64,000 nucleotides of DNA from an uncultured Sphingobacterium sp. (GCA_964616525.1 CAZTRY010000006.1:2793-66792); one strand, 5' to 3'. Counted from the stretch's first letter, positions 38,001 to 48,026 are shown. Notes: generated from the sequence alone by a model not told the origin. Translations and numbers: made by a program.

Positions 38001-41000
38001 GGAAGTGGATTTACTTTTATATCAAAGATTTTTGAAGCACTGACACAGGAGTTGAGTGTGCCTGTAACTGCATATGTTCCTGACATAGAGGTAGTTGAAT
38101 TAGGCCTTGTAACTGAAACACCGCTAGCCGTAAAGCCCAATGGTCCCGTCCATTTGTATGTAACCAGAGGATCAGGATTAAGGATTGAAAGAACCAGAGG
38201 TTCGCCCTGACATATTGGGCTAACATATGGATTTATTATTGGCTGAGGCGGAGCACCGGGACTTGTTATAGATAGTGTTGGGCCAATTACTACACAGCCA
38301 TTGGTATTTTTAACAGCCACGGAATAACTGCCGGCACTTAGGTTAATGAATTTTCCCCCATTCTGAACAAAAGTGCTTCCGCCATCAACAGAGTATTCAA
38401 GAGCTTGTATACCAATTGCATTAATAGTAACTGTTCCATCATTTAGATTACAAACAGTTTCATTTGTTGCTATGGCTGTTGTAATTATTGGTAATGGATT
38501 AACTGTAATTGTATAACTTATTGGATTGCCCGCACATCCATTAAGAATTGGTATTATAGTTATGGTTGCTGAAATAGCAGATCCGGATGAATTAGTAGCG
38601 ATAAAACTTGGGATATTTCCTGTTCCTGTTGCAGGAAGCCCTATAGCGGTATTTGAATTGGACCAGCTATAGCTTGTTGCAGGTATATTGCTGATTAGAT
38701 TTCCAGCTGCAACAGTCTCACCGGCACATATAACAGCACTTCCGGGTGCTGAAACTGAGGGTTGTGGATTTACTGTAATTGTAAACGTATAAGTTTGCCC
38801 CGGACATCCGTTCAAGCTGGGAGTTATGCTAATACTCGCAGTGATGGTGCTATTTGTATTATTTAATGCAATAAAAGATGGGATTGATCCAGTCCCGCTG
38901 GCTGGAAGCCCGATCGCCGGATTTGAATTTGTCCAGCTTATTGTTGATCCGGGAGGAGTGGAGTTAAAAACATGTTCGGGAACTACAGCCCCCTTACAAT
39001 AGTTTTGGTTCTGAGGAACAATCAATATTGGCTTTGGGTCCACCTGGATGTTGAAGATTTTTGAAGCACTTACGCATGAGTTAATCGTGGCAGTTACAGC
39101 ATAGTTTCCTGACATCGAAGGGTCTGAATTTGAGCGGATTACAGAAGTTCCTGAAGCAGAAAATCCCAGGGGGCCGGTCCAGGTATAGCTTGCAGACGGG
39201 TTTGGATTCAGGATGGATAGAATTAAAGGATCCCCCTGGCATACCGGGCTGACATATGTATTGATTTCTGGTTGAGGCGGTGCTCCCGGACTGGAGACAG
39301 ATAATGTTGGACCGTTTATGATGCATCCGCTGGCATTGCGTACCGCGACTAAATAGCTGCCTGCCGGCAGACCTGTAAAGTTTCCTCCATTCTGGACAAA
39401 TGTGTTTCCTCCATTGATTGAGTATTCTAATGGTTGAACACCATTGGCTGTTATTGTAATTGTTCCGTCATTGATATTACATTGTGATTCAGGGCTTGCT
39501 ATAGCAGATGAAATCACCGGTAAAGGGTTCACTGTTATGGTATAGCTTATCGGTTGCCCCGGGCATCCATTTGAAACCGGAGTTACGGTAATTGTAGCTG
39601 AAATGGCTGAAATTGTTGAGTTTAATGCTGTAAAGCTTGGAATATTTCCTGTCCCGCCTGCGGAAAGCCCTATGCCAGGATTTGAATTTGTCCAGCTGTA
39701 GATTGTGCCTGAAATGTTACTGGCGAAATTGCTCGCAGGTATCGTTATTCCGGAACAAACCACCAAATTTGAAACTTGACTCATTGCGGGCAATGGATTT
39801 ACTGTGATCGTATAGCTAGATGCCGGACCGGTACAACCATTATTTGTTGGAGTAACAGTGATGGTAGAAGTTATCGGAGACTGCGTGTTATTTATGGCAG
39901 TAAAATCTGGAACGTTTCCAATCCCGCTTCCCGCAAGTCCGATAGTGGTATTTGAATTTGTCCATGTATAAGTTGCACCATACGGGATACTGCTAAATGC
40001 AGAAGCCGGGATAACGCTTCCCGAACATGCAATGATATTGGCAGGAACAGTTGCAGTAGGTAATGGATTCACCCTTATGGTGTAAACAGAGCTTGGGCCA
40101 GCACATCCATTGAGAATAGGGGTGACAGTAATATTTGCAGTAATCGTAGCTGAGCTGCTATTGTTAGCTATGAAAGCCGGAACAGTTCCGTTTCCGCTGC
40201 CCGCTAATCCTATGGCAGTGTTTGAGTTAGTCCAGCTAAAGGTAGTTCCAGGTAGACTGCTGCTGAAAGCGGAGGCAGCAATACTTGTTCCGGAACATAC
40301 TGTTGAATTAACCGGTACAATCACATTTGGCAGTGGATTGACTGTTATGGTAAAGCTTGAAGGAGTACCTGCACAACCATTAAAATAGGGAGTAACAGAA
40401 ATAATTGAAGAAAGGGGAGAAGTACCGTTATTTACCGCTGTAAATGCAGGTAAATTTCCGTTTCCATTTGATATCAGGCCAATCGAAGAATTCGAGTTTG
40501 TCCAGGTATAAGTAATTCCCGAAATATTACTGCTGAAAGTGGCAGGCGGTACAGAAACTCCATTACATATTGTAAAATCTGCCGGCAATATTACTGTGGG
40601 CATGGGGTTTACAGTAATGGTAAATGTGGCTGACGGCCCGGTACAATTATTTAAAGTGGGTGTCACTGTAATTGTGGCAGTAATAGGTGCATTTGTATTA
40701 TTTACTGCTGTAAATGAGGGTATATTACTGGTTCCTGCTGAAACCAGACCTATTGCAGAGTTTGAGTTTGTCCAGGTGTAGGTAGCCCCGGCCGGTGTAC
40801 TTAAAAAAACACCCTCAGGTATAGTGGCACCTGCACAGAAAGTTAAGCTGGGAGGGACGGTGACGATTGGCAGAGGAGATACTGCCACATCAAAAACCTT
40901 CGGAGAACCCACACATGCACCGTTGATTGCAGTTACTGCATAGCTGCCTGCTCTGGAAAGGTCTATCTTTGGTATAGTAACTGTAGACCCTGTTGCTGTA

Positions 41001-42838
41001 AACTGGGATGGGCCAGACCAGGTATATATCAATGATGCATCTGGATTTTGCACACTTAGTACCAGATCCGAACCTTCACAGACGGGGTAAAGAAAGCTGT
41101 TAATCTCGGGAGGAGGAGGAGCACCGGGACTTGCTACTGTGACAGTTTGCCCAACTACTATACAGCCATTTCCGCTCCTTACCGCTACAGTATAACTCCC
41201 TGCCGCTAAATTCTCAAATAAGTTTGAGCTGCTGAATGTTGCCCCTCCATTGATTGAATATTGAAGTGGTGCAGTTCCGCTTGCTGCAATAGTAATTTTA
41301 CCATCACTCAAATCACAGGTAGTTTCGTTTACCGGGGTAACAGAAGTTATTACAGGAAGGGGGGTTACTGTAATAGTATAAGTGCTGGGTGTACCCGTAC
41401 ATCCATTCAGAGTGGGTGTTACCGTTATTGTTGCAGAAACCGGTAAGGCAGTATTATTAATAGCAGTAAAGCTGGGTACATTATTGCTGCCTGCTGCAGC
41501 CAGGCCAATAGTAGTATTTGAATTGGTCCAGGTGTAAGATGCTCCAAGCGGGAGACTACTGAAATTCGATGATGATATTATAGTTCCTGAACATACACTA
41601 AAGCTGGCAGGAACCAAAGCGCTGGGAGCAGGCTTTACAGTAATTATAAAAGAAGATGAGGGACCTGTACAGCCATTTAGCGTAGGTGTTACCGTAATGG
41701 TTGATGAAATAGTTGTTGTTCCCGGATTCAGGGCTGTAAAAGCTGGAATATCACCTGTGCCGCCTGAGGCTAGTCCGATGCTTGTGTTGGAATTTGTCCA
41801 GGTGTAAGTCGCTCCTGCAGGGTTACTGCTGAAGGAAGTTCCGGAAGTTAAGGTCCCCGGGCAAATGGAATAATTTGCCGGAACATTCACTGTAGGTAAT
41901 GGATTAACTGCAACTATTGCCGGATTGGATATGGTTGAACCGCAACTATTGGTCACAACAACGTCGTAAGAACCGGCATCGCTTGTTCCTGCAGTAGAAA
42001 TGCTTAAGCTTGTCCCTGTCTGTCCATTAATATTGATTCCATCTTTTCGCCATTGGTAGCTAAGTGCCAGAGGGCTTGATGCTGTTACGCTAAGATTTAC
42101 CGAGGACCCCAAACAGACTGATTGACTTTGAGGAGCTGTTGTAACTATAGGCGAGGAGTTTACAGTTACACATAAGGTAGCGGAGTATAGATCTGCTCCA
42201 TTTTTATCACAAATATTATCTACTAGTGCCCTGTAACAATATGATTCGGAAGGATTAGTGTAAGTGTAGATGTTTGTGGTGTTTGCAATGATTTCCCATA
42301 TTCCAGTACTAACTGGAGCACGTTCCCACCTCAAAACAGGTCCTGTATGCCCACTTAAGGTCAATGTACCATTGGTCGTTGTACAAGTTACCAGGCTTCC
42401 TGTAATTGTTCCTCCTGATAAGCTGGCGGAGTTTTGTGCATAATACAAATAAACAGGATCGGAATAATTGGAACATCCTGATGTACTGTTTACTAATCTT
42501 CGTATTCTATAATCACCAGAGGCGTTTGAGTTTGGGACTAATACATGATTAGTAATATCACTTTTTGCTAATTCTGGAGTGGTAATCGGATTAATTCCAT
42601 TTTTAATTACAGAATAATTTCCTCCATTGAAGGACACCTCCCATTGATAACTAAGTCCCGGACCTGATGGAGTACTTGCACGAATATCCTGATAGCTTAC
42701 ATCTCCGCAAGCAGTGTTAAATACTTTATCAACGCCTTTAAACTCAATGTTATTGGGAGTACACTGCCCGAATATATTGGAATACCCTGCAACTGTGAAA
42801 AATATAGGTAAGATTAATATTCTTAAAATTTGCATCAT
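35006..42838 (-). CDS. Giant T9SS type-B-sorted surface adhesin (Ig, PKD-like, SprB-like and cadherin/Calx-like repeats)
   Basis: Signal peptide; 11 W(T/S/A)NSN..IGL repeats; C.G...GSI...GGT.PY.Y.W SprB-type repeats; C-terminal SPNNDG..N...IFNRWGNEVY...GVYYY...KGYLILKR. Confidence 0.9.
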   Translation of the reverse strand: MMQILRILILPIFFTVAGYSNIFGQCTPNNIEFKGVDKVFNTACGDVSYQDIRASTPSGPGLSYQWEVSFNGGNYSVIKNGINPITTPELAKSDITNHVLVPNSNASGDYRIRRLVNSTSGCSNYSDPVYLYYAQNSASLSGGTITGSLVTCTTTNGTLTLSGHTGPVLRWERAPVSTGIWEIIANTTNIYTYTNPSESYCYRALVDNICDKNGADLYSATLCVTVNSSPIVTTAPQSQSVCLGSSVNLSVTASSPLALSYQWRKDGININGQTGTSLSISTAGTSDAGSYDVVVTNSCGSTISNPAIVAVNPLPTVNVPANYSICPGTLTSGTSFSSNPAGATYTWTNSNTSIGLASGGTGDIPAFTALNPGTTTISSTITVTPTLNGCTGPSSSFIITVKPAPSALVPASFSVCSGTIISSSNFSSLPLGASYTWTNSNTTIGLAAAGSNNVPSFTAINNTALPVSATITVTPTLNGCTGTPSTYTITVTPLPVITSVTPVNETTCDLSDGKITIAASGTAPLQYSINGGATFSSSNLFENLAAGSYTVAVRSGNGCIVVGQTVTVASPGAPPPPEINSFLYPVCEGSDLVLSVQNPDASLIYTWSGPSQFTATGSTVTIPKIDLSRAGSYAVTAINGACVGSPKVFDVAVSPLPIVTVPPSLTFCAGATIPEGVFLSTPAGATYTWTNSNSAIGLVSAGTSNIPSFTAVNNTNAPITATITVTPTLNNCTGPSATFTITVNPMPTVILPADFTICNGVSVPPATFSSNISGITYTWTNSNSSIGLISNGNGNLPAFTAVNNGTSPLSSIISVTPYFNGCAGTPSSFTITVNPLPNVIVPVNSTVCSGTSIAASAFSSSLPGTTFSWTNSNTAIGLAGSGNGTVPAFIANNSSSATITANITVTPILNGCAGPSSVYTIRVNPLPTATVPANIIACSGSVIPASAFSSIPYGATYTWTNSNTTIGLAGSGIGNVPDFTAINNTQSPITSTITVTPTNNGCTGPASSYTITVNPLPAMSQVSNLVVCSGITIPASNFASNISGTIYSWTNSNPGIGLSAGGTGNIPSFTALNSTISAISATITVTPVSNGCPGQPISYTITVNPLPVISSAIASPESQCNINDGTITITANGVQPLEYSINGGNTFVQNGGNFTGLPAGSYLVAVRNASGCIINGPTLSVSSPGAPPQPEINTYVSPVCQGDPLILSILNPNPSASYTWTGPLGFSASGTSVIRSNSDPSMSGNYAVTATINSCVSASKIFNIQVDPKPILIVPQNQNYCKGAVVPEHVFNSTPPGSTISWTNSNPAIGLPASGTGSIPSFIALNNTNSTITASISITPSLNGCPGQTYTFTITVNPQPSVSAPGSAVICAGETVAAGNLISNIPATSYSWSNSNTAIGLPATGTGNIPSFIATNSSGSAISATITIIPILNGCAGNPISYTITVNPLPIITTAIATNETVCNLNDGTVTINAIGIQALEYSVDGGSTFVQNGGKFINLSAGSYSVAVKNTNGCVVIGPTLSITSPGAPPQPIINPYVSPICQGEPLVLSILNPDPLVTYKWTGPLGFTASGVSVTRPNSTTSMSGTYAVTGTLNSCVSASKIFDIKVNPLPVLVVPQNQIYCKGIVVPESIFNSTPPGATINWTNSNPAIGLAASGSGNIPAFTAINNSLAPISATITAIPSLNGCNGLPYTFTITINPEPNVILPTNLIICPGVQVSSSSFGSNIAGVTYTWANSNTSIGLAASGNGNVPEFTSVNTTSTEVKATITVTASLNGCPGPSSSYTITVKPLPRLSNPLTQMLCTQSSSKEVELTSNLPGTTFTWTASAPATVSGYASSGTNKIPVQVLTNSGSTPEFVTYTIIPVNNGCTGPESKYTILVNPMPTATLSGGKTACYGASSTLRVKLTGKAPWTIVYTDGKNSNTITGIGSSDYTFNVSSDTTRTYRITSVSDANSCSNTGNGSAVIIQPPAAIKASASMVNVGCYGSNTGSIQVETISGGFGTYEYSINGGINWQSGTKFSGLIAGTYQLYVRDAENPECITVISPDYIITQPQAPLRLSFIRTDVSCFGGNNGSLKITAAGGTAPYTYNWQSGQLTKDISGLIAGNYILTITDSKGCVFSESIAIRQPSAPLKISYTKNDVSCFGYRDGSIDISVTGGTSPYTYKWSNNETTKNLQNLAPNIIYSLSVIDSNGCSETISIPIEEPEILNAALTVKNTVCKTSSDGTITASISGGTKPYDLTWKGSPIKTDFIDNLPPGIYELQIKDAKGCTLIVSAEVQQGSCPPVAIDDRFKTDEEISVSGSVAPNDYDRQGENISFLLSSAATNGTISFNNEGNFTYKPNAGFWGIEVISYSVCNTSGLCAKASLIIEVIPFTIVSLTPSVSNVSEGKKTAVSARLMRPFRDDVTIRLSYQGRAKKDLDYMLLDQYLDIKIPRGKISTTQKVTLAALTDDEQEGEEDVILAITSTSDPLVRIGSGAVVIINDIYPPAPTIPISTKNDPPLNPDILPDPLVSPNNDGLGNEFFKVDNIISFPDNLVLIFNRWGNEVYRMQGYNESDRVFSGYANTGLLSNTNTPLSDGVYYYLITTNRTINGQKVSALNKGYLILKR

Positions 42839-43332
42839 TCAGCGATTGCAATTCCATGAAACATTATTTAAGTGTTTAATGTATTCATCTGATACGAAAA
42901 ATGGGCCATAATGTTTCTTAAATCACGTTTTTGTTATTTATTGCAGCAGCGGAAAATCCTTTTTGTTTTAATTAAATGACAATTCTTTTGCGAAAAAATA
43001 TTGCGAAAAAATTGTTAAAATTTAACATCAGATGATTGGTTATTAGTTAAACTATAACACCAGATGTTGATTCAAATCAAGAGGCCGAGACAGTATGCAG
43101 AATTTGGGATTATAAACAATGCCGAGTTAGACATAATATTTTAAAAAACATATACCTGCCTTCCTCCGGCTGGGAAGTATAGCCATTTATAGTGCTAAGC
43201 TTTCTTATATAAAAAGATTGCCGCCAAGCAAAAAAAAAGTTTCCCTTTAAGCATAATACATGTTAAAAATGCGGTCAGACCTTGATTTTTAACTTAGACA
43301 TGTATACTCACAATAAGTTAATGTCAGGAATT

Positions 43333-43767
43333 TTAAACTAACTCATCAGATAGCAATGACCTTGGCAGATTTTCAAGATATTCAACACTCAGTGAGCTGG
43401 TCAGGAAGTCGACAACAAAGGGGTATTTCTTTGCACGAGCAGATTCAACTTCATCAATAGAATAGGAGGTGATAATCACTTTGGTATTCCTGCAATATGG
43501 ATAAATTTCGGAGGAGAATCTATAAAGAAACTCCCATCCGTCCATAACCGGCATATGAAGATCTAGCAGGATCAGGCCCGGGAAGTCGTCCTGATTTTCA
43601 GAATTCTCGTTTATCAGTTTATGGTAGTACTCGAGTCCTTCAGAACCATTGAATGCAGTGATTACTTCCTCTGAAAATTTAGATTTATTCAGAATCTGTT
43701 TTTGAATCCACAATGTAACTTCATTGTCATTGATACAAAGCACCTTTTTTAGTTGTTCGTAATGCAT
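43333..43767 (-). CDS. Stand-alone response regulator receiver domain (atypical)
   Basis: FNGSEGL and ILLDLHMPVMDGWEFL; no output domain. Confidence 0.82.
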   Translation of the reverse strand: MHYEQLKKVLCINDNEVTLWIQKQILNKSKFSEEVITAFNGSEGLEYYHKLINENSENQDDFPGLILLDLHMPVMDGWEFLYRFSSEIYPYCRNTKVIITSYSIDEVESARAKKYPFVVDFLTSSLSVEYLENLPRSLLSDELV

Positions 43768-43938
43768 ATTCTAAAAATATTAACAATTCGAAGTCTTATA
43801 TACGGAATTATGCATTTGAAAGTTTCATAAATGAGAAGCTTTATTCCAGGAATTATCTCGCTGACGGATCTGTGTTTTATATTAAACAGCTGAGGTAACA
43901 TTCTTTGCTGATTTTGCTATTTTTGTTAAACCCTACCA

Positions 43939-46746
43939 ATGAAGAGAGTTTTATTGCTGTTTTGCTGCTTCCAACTTCTGACAGCGTTCGGTCAGAATGT
44001 TCCCGGAAGTAGCCGAAGAATTTTATTTAAACTGCCTCAGGGAATTAGTCAAAAAGACTATTTGCCCGATGTGATTATTGTTAAATTCCGCAAGGGAAGT
44101 ACTGTAGCTCAGATCCGTTCTGTAAGTTCTGCTTCAGGTTTCAAAAATCTCAATTTCAAATCTTCTGAAATTAATATAAATCAGCTTTTCAAGAACTCAG
44201 TAATAGCGGTCAGTTCTGCGGCGATTCAGCGAATGGCGATTATAGATACCCTTGGGATTGACAGGATTTATGAATTGAGGTTCAAATCAAATCATGGAAT
44301 AGAGAAAGTAATCAACGAATTACTAAAGAATCCAAACATAGAATATGCTGAGCCTAGCTACGTTCATCATGTTTCTTATACTCCCAATGATCCGCTTTTT
44401 TCAGGTTTTCAAAGCCATCTTAAACAAGTGAAAGCAGAGCAGTCCTGGGATCTGATTAGAAATTCTTCCAATACAGTTATTGCTATTGTTGATACAGGGA
44501 CCGATATGGATCACATCGATCTGAAAGCAAACATAATATTTCCGGGAATAGACCTTGTCGGTCAAAGTGGTACTAACCCGCAGGTTGATAGCAATCCTGA
44601 TGTAAGCAGTGATTCAACAGATCATGGGGTAAGTGTTAGCGGTATTGCATCAGCTGTTTCAGATAATGGACTGGGCATAGCAAGTATTGCTTATAATGCT
44701 AAATTAATGATTGTCAAAGCATGTGCTGATAATAATGCTACAGTTATTTACAAAGGTTATGAGGGGATTAAATATGCAGCGGATAACGGTGCCCATATCA
44801 TTAATTGTTCATTCAGCGGGCCATATGGTTCAAACTTTGGACAGGATATTGTGAAATATGCGATATCTAAAGGGAGCCTAATTATTGCTTGTGCCGGGAA
44901 TTCGAATAGTTCTGCACCTGAATACCCGGCAGCTTATGAAGGTGTACTTGCGGTATCGGCTGTGGACCAGAACGATAAAAAGAGTGATTTTTCAAGTTAT
45001 GGCAGTCATATTTCCATATCGGCACCCGGAGTAGTTTACTCCAGTAAGAATGGTAATAAATATGGTTTGGTTGCAGGTACCTCTTTTTCAGCACCCATGG
45101 TTTCAAGTGCAGCTGCATTGGTCAGGTCACGGTTCCCGGCATTTGATATGTCGCAGGTTGCCGAGCAATTAAAAGTGAGTGCGGATAATATTGATCAGCT
45201 AAATCCAAGGTATGCAGGTCAGCTGGGGCATGGACGATTGAATGTATTCAGGGCACTTACAGAAAATTTACCTTCGATAAAATATCAGAACATTACACTC
45301 AATGATAAAGGTAACGGATCGATACCTGCCGGTGATACTTTAGCTATTTTTCTGGATATCAGGAATTTTTTATCTCCGGTCTCAGGACTTACAATCAGGT
45401 TGCTTACTAATAATCCGAACATACAGATATTAAATCAGCAGTATATAGTTAACAGCATCGGGACCAAAGAGCTGAAAACTATGATTGGACCATTTCGGGT
45501 ATTTGTGAGGCCCGGAACACCCGATAACGAACTAGTTAATTTCAGTCTGAATTATTCCTCTGGCAGTAATTATCAGAGTGCAGAGCAATTTCAGGTTCGT
45601 GTTGCCCGTGATTTTATGAATATTAATGTGAATCGGGTTAGTTCTACCATGAGCAGTAATGGTCGCATCGGATATGCAGATAGCCAGGGCGAGGATGGAT
45701 TGGGGTTTATTTATAAGTCTGAGCCTTTACTGGTTGAAGCATCCCTGATGATAGGGAACTCTGCTTCGGCGGTTTCAAATAATACAAGGTCCGGCTTCGG
45801 AACTGCAGATGAACATTTTGTAAAAAAGCTCAGGGCTTACAGAGAAGTAGATACCAAAGCCGCATTTCTGGGACATTCGGACTTTGATGATTCAGGCAGC
45901 CCAAATCGCTTGAACCTGCAAATCAGGCATAGCCAGACAGCCTTTGCGAATGCACCAGATGATAAATATATTATTTCCGAATATGAGATCCGCAATGCCG
46001 GGCAAAGGGTTTTAAATAATATCTATGCTGGTTTATTTTCTGACTGGGACATTGACCAGCTTGGAAGGGATGTAACAAAGTACGATGCCACTAACAGGTT
46101 AGCTTATGTTTACGGTAGACATGGTGGAACATCTTATGCAGGTGTTAAACTTCTCAGCACAACCGGACAAGCTATTTATTACCCACTTGCAAATCAGGTA
46201 TCGTCTGATCCGATTTTTGTTGATAGCGAATTTAGTATAGCTGAGAAATTTCAGACACTTTCTTCCGGAATTAAAAGTACAGGTTTGGGTGAGGATGTAC
46301 CTGATGGTTATGATGTTTTACTTGTCAGTGGGTATGGGCCATTCACAATCCCAATAAACGGAATCGTTAAGGTGGCCTTTGCACTAATTGCTGGAGATTC
46401 ATTGGCAGACCTTCAAGCCAGCGCTGTGGCAGCACAAAAAAAATATGATGAATGGAACATTCCGGAAAGTGCTGGAGCCGAAGAGGGATTTATGCTCCGG
46501 CAAAACTTTCCTAATCCTGGGCTCGATCAAACTGTAATTGACTTTAGCCTGAGTCGCCCCGGTCTTGCAAATCTGATTTTGTATAATTCTGCAGGTCAGC
46601 CGGTCAGGGAATTAATCAGAGACAATCTGGCTAAAGGTTCCTATCGTATTAATCTGGATCTTTCCGAACTTCAATCCGGAGTATACTTCTATAAACTGCA
46701 GTTTGAAGGCAGAGAAAAATCTTTAAAATTACTGGTAACAAAATAA
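43939..46746 (+). CDS. S8 (subtilisin) serine peptidase with T9SS type-A CTD
   Basis: IVDTG, DHG and GTSFSAP triad; AGN oxyanion; C-terminal QNFPNP...LYNSAGQ...SGVYFYKL...KLLVTK. Confidence 0.92.
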   Translation: MKRVLLLFCCFQLLTAFGQNVPGSSRRILFKLPQGISQKDYLPDVIIVKFRKGSTVAQIRSVSSASGFKNLNFKSSEININQLFKNSVIAVSSAAIQRMAIIDTLGIDRIYELRFKSNHGIEKVINELLKNPNIEYAEPSYVHHVSYTPNDPLFSGFQSHLKQVKAEQSWDLIRNSSNTVIAIVDTGTDMDHIDLKANIIFPGIDLVGQSGTNPQVDSNPDVSSDSTDHGVSVSGIASAVSDNGLGIASIAYNAKLMIVKACADNNATVIYKGYEGIKYAADNGAHIINCSFSGPYGSNFGQDIVKYAISKGSLIIACAGNSNSSAPEYPAAYEGVLAVSAVDQNDKKSDFSSYGSHISISAPGVVYSSKNGNKYGLVAGTSFSAPMVSSAAALVRSRFPAFDMSQVAEQLKVSADNIDQLNPRYAGQLGHGRLNVFRALTENLPSIKYQNITLNDKGNGSIPAGDTLAIFLDIRNFLSPVSGLTIRLLTNNPNIQILNQQYIVNSIGTKELKTMIGPFRVFVRPGTPDNELVNFSLNYSSGSNYQSAEQFQVRVARDFMNINVNRVSSTMSSNGRIGYADSQGEDGLGFIYKSEPLLVEASLMIGNSASAVSNNTRSGFGTADEHFVKKLRAYREVDTKAAFLGHSDFDDSGSPNRLNLQIRHSQTAFANAPDDKYIISEYEIRNAGQRVLNNIYAGLFSDWDIDQLGRDVTKYDATNRLAYVYGRHGGTSYAGVKLLSTTGQAIYYPLANQVSSDPIFVDSEFSIAEKFQTLSSGIKSTGLGEDVPDGYDVLLVSGYGPFTIPINGIVKVAFALIAGDSLADLQASAVAAQKKYDEWNIPESAGAEEGFMLRQNFPNPGLDQTVIDFSLSRPGLANLILYNSAGQPVRELIRDNLAKGSYRINLDLSELQSGVYFYKLQFEGREKSLKLLVTK

Positions 46747-46823
46747 TCCCCTCAAATACCTATTGATTCTGGGATCAATAAGTTCTCTGGAGTACTTTCT
46801 GTGTCTTTATGCCAGCTAACTAT

Positions 46824-48026
46824 CTATTGGATAAAAGGATCACTCCATTTTTTATCGGTATATAGATTCGTACCTGCCAATGTCTCCAGAAACGATACAA
46901 CAGCATTTAGTTCAACGTCTGTGAGATTTAATTTTTGCCCAATGCCATTGGGAGCCAGTCTTGGGTCAAGATTGGGATTTTGGGCAGGATTAACAGTGAT
47001 TGTGTTATAGTGATTAATTACTGCTCTTAATCCTTGAATTGCTCCAGTATGCATCATGGGGCTGTTTACTCTTCTGTCTGTTCTGGTAAGATCACGTAAA
47101 GAGGGTGCTCTGGTATTGGTAAAATCTCTGTTTGTTCCGTTTGCCTGACCAATAACTCCATTATTCCCGCTATTGGGGTCAATATCGAATTCAGGGGCAT
47201 TATGGCAGCCATTGCATCCCAGTCCTCCGGCAATTCTGCTTGAATTTGCATCAAAAACCGGGGCCGCGATAAATAAGTTTTTCCCGGCATTTTCTGCCTG
47301 TGTAAAATTCGGAAAGTTCTGATTATCATTGGCCACCAATCTTCTGCCCGCATCATATTTTGAGTCAAAAGACTGAATGCTTCTGATAAACTGCGCAAGA
47401 CATTCCTGAACTCTTGCTTCTGTTACATTCAGATCATTATAGGCAAACTTGAACAATTCATTGTAATAAGCAATTCCTTGCAATTTTGTAAGCAGAACAT
47501 TTAACCCGGGTCTTCCATTTTGCCCGCTAAATCCCATTTCAGCATGATCCTGAATCGGTTGTGTAGTTTGGAGTTCTAAACTGCCAGCACGTTCATCCCA
47601 GAAAAATTTGCGCTCAGTGGCAAATCTTGCATTCACAAGTCGCATAGAATGCCTTTGTGTAACACCACCCATTACACCTGAGCTTACTATTTCTGGATCA
47701 CTGAAGGCAAATTCCTGCTTATGGCAGCTGGCACAGGAAATGGTATTATTGATACTCAGGTTCTTATCATAAAATAGAACCCTTCCAATGGTTGCCTTTA
47801 TATTGGAAATGGTATTAGGGCCTGTATTATCCTTGATGATGTACGCTGGTTTGGTCTGTCCGGCATATTCAGTTAAACTATTCAGGTTAATATTGTCCCC
47901 AAACGCAGCCTTAATTGCTTCATAGGTTTGCTGTAATTGTGGACCTTCATTTTCCTTTTTGCCGCAGCTTGCCGCAGAAATAATGAAAAGGCTTATCGCA
48001 AATAGAATTTTATGAATTGCTTTCAT
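46824..48026 (-). CDS. Di-heme cytochrome c peroxidase/MauG family lipoprotein
   Basis: Lipobox AASC; GRVLFYDKNLS, CASCH, FWDERA, CNGCH, PSLR, MMHTG. Confidence 0.88.
   Translation of the reverse strand: MKAIHKILFAISLFIISAASCGKKENEGPQLQQTYEAIKAAFGDNINLNSLTEYAGQTKPAYIIKDNTGPNTISNIKATIGRVLFYDKNLSINNTISCASCHKQEFAFSDPEIVSSGVMGGVTQRHSMRLVNARFATERKFFWDERAGSLELQTTQPIQDHAEMGFSGQNGRPGLNVLLTKLQGIAYYNELFKFAYNDLNVTEARVQECLAQFIRSIQSFDSKYDAGRRLVANDNQNFPNFTQAENAGKNLFIAAPVFDANSSRIAGGLGCNGCHNAPEFDIDPNSGNNGVIGQANGTNRDFTNTRAPSLRDLTRTDRRVNSPMMHTGAIQGLRAVINHYNTITVNPAQNPNLDPRLAPNGIGQKLNLTDVELNAVVSFLETLAGTNLYTDKKWSDPFIQ

Noticed and set aside
40110-40781. Val/Thr-rich plus-strand ORFs inside the adhesin
   Set aside because: Antisense by-products of the repetitive Thr-rich coding strand.
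46824-48026. Methanobactin (MbnH) or methylamine (MauG) pathway
   Set aside because: No partner genes nearby; only the di-heme family assignment is supported.
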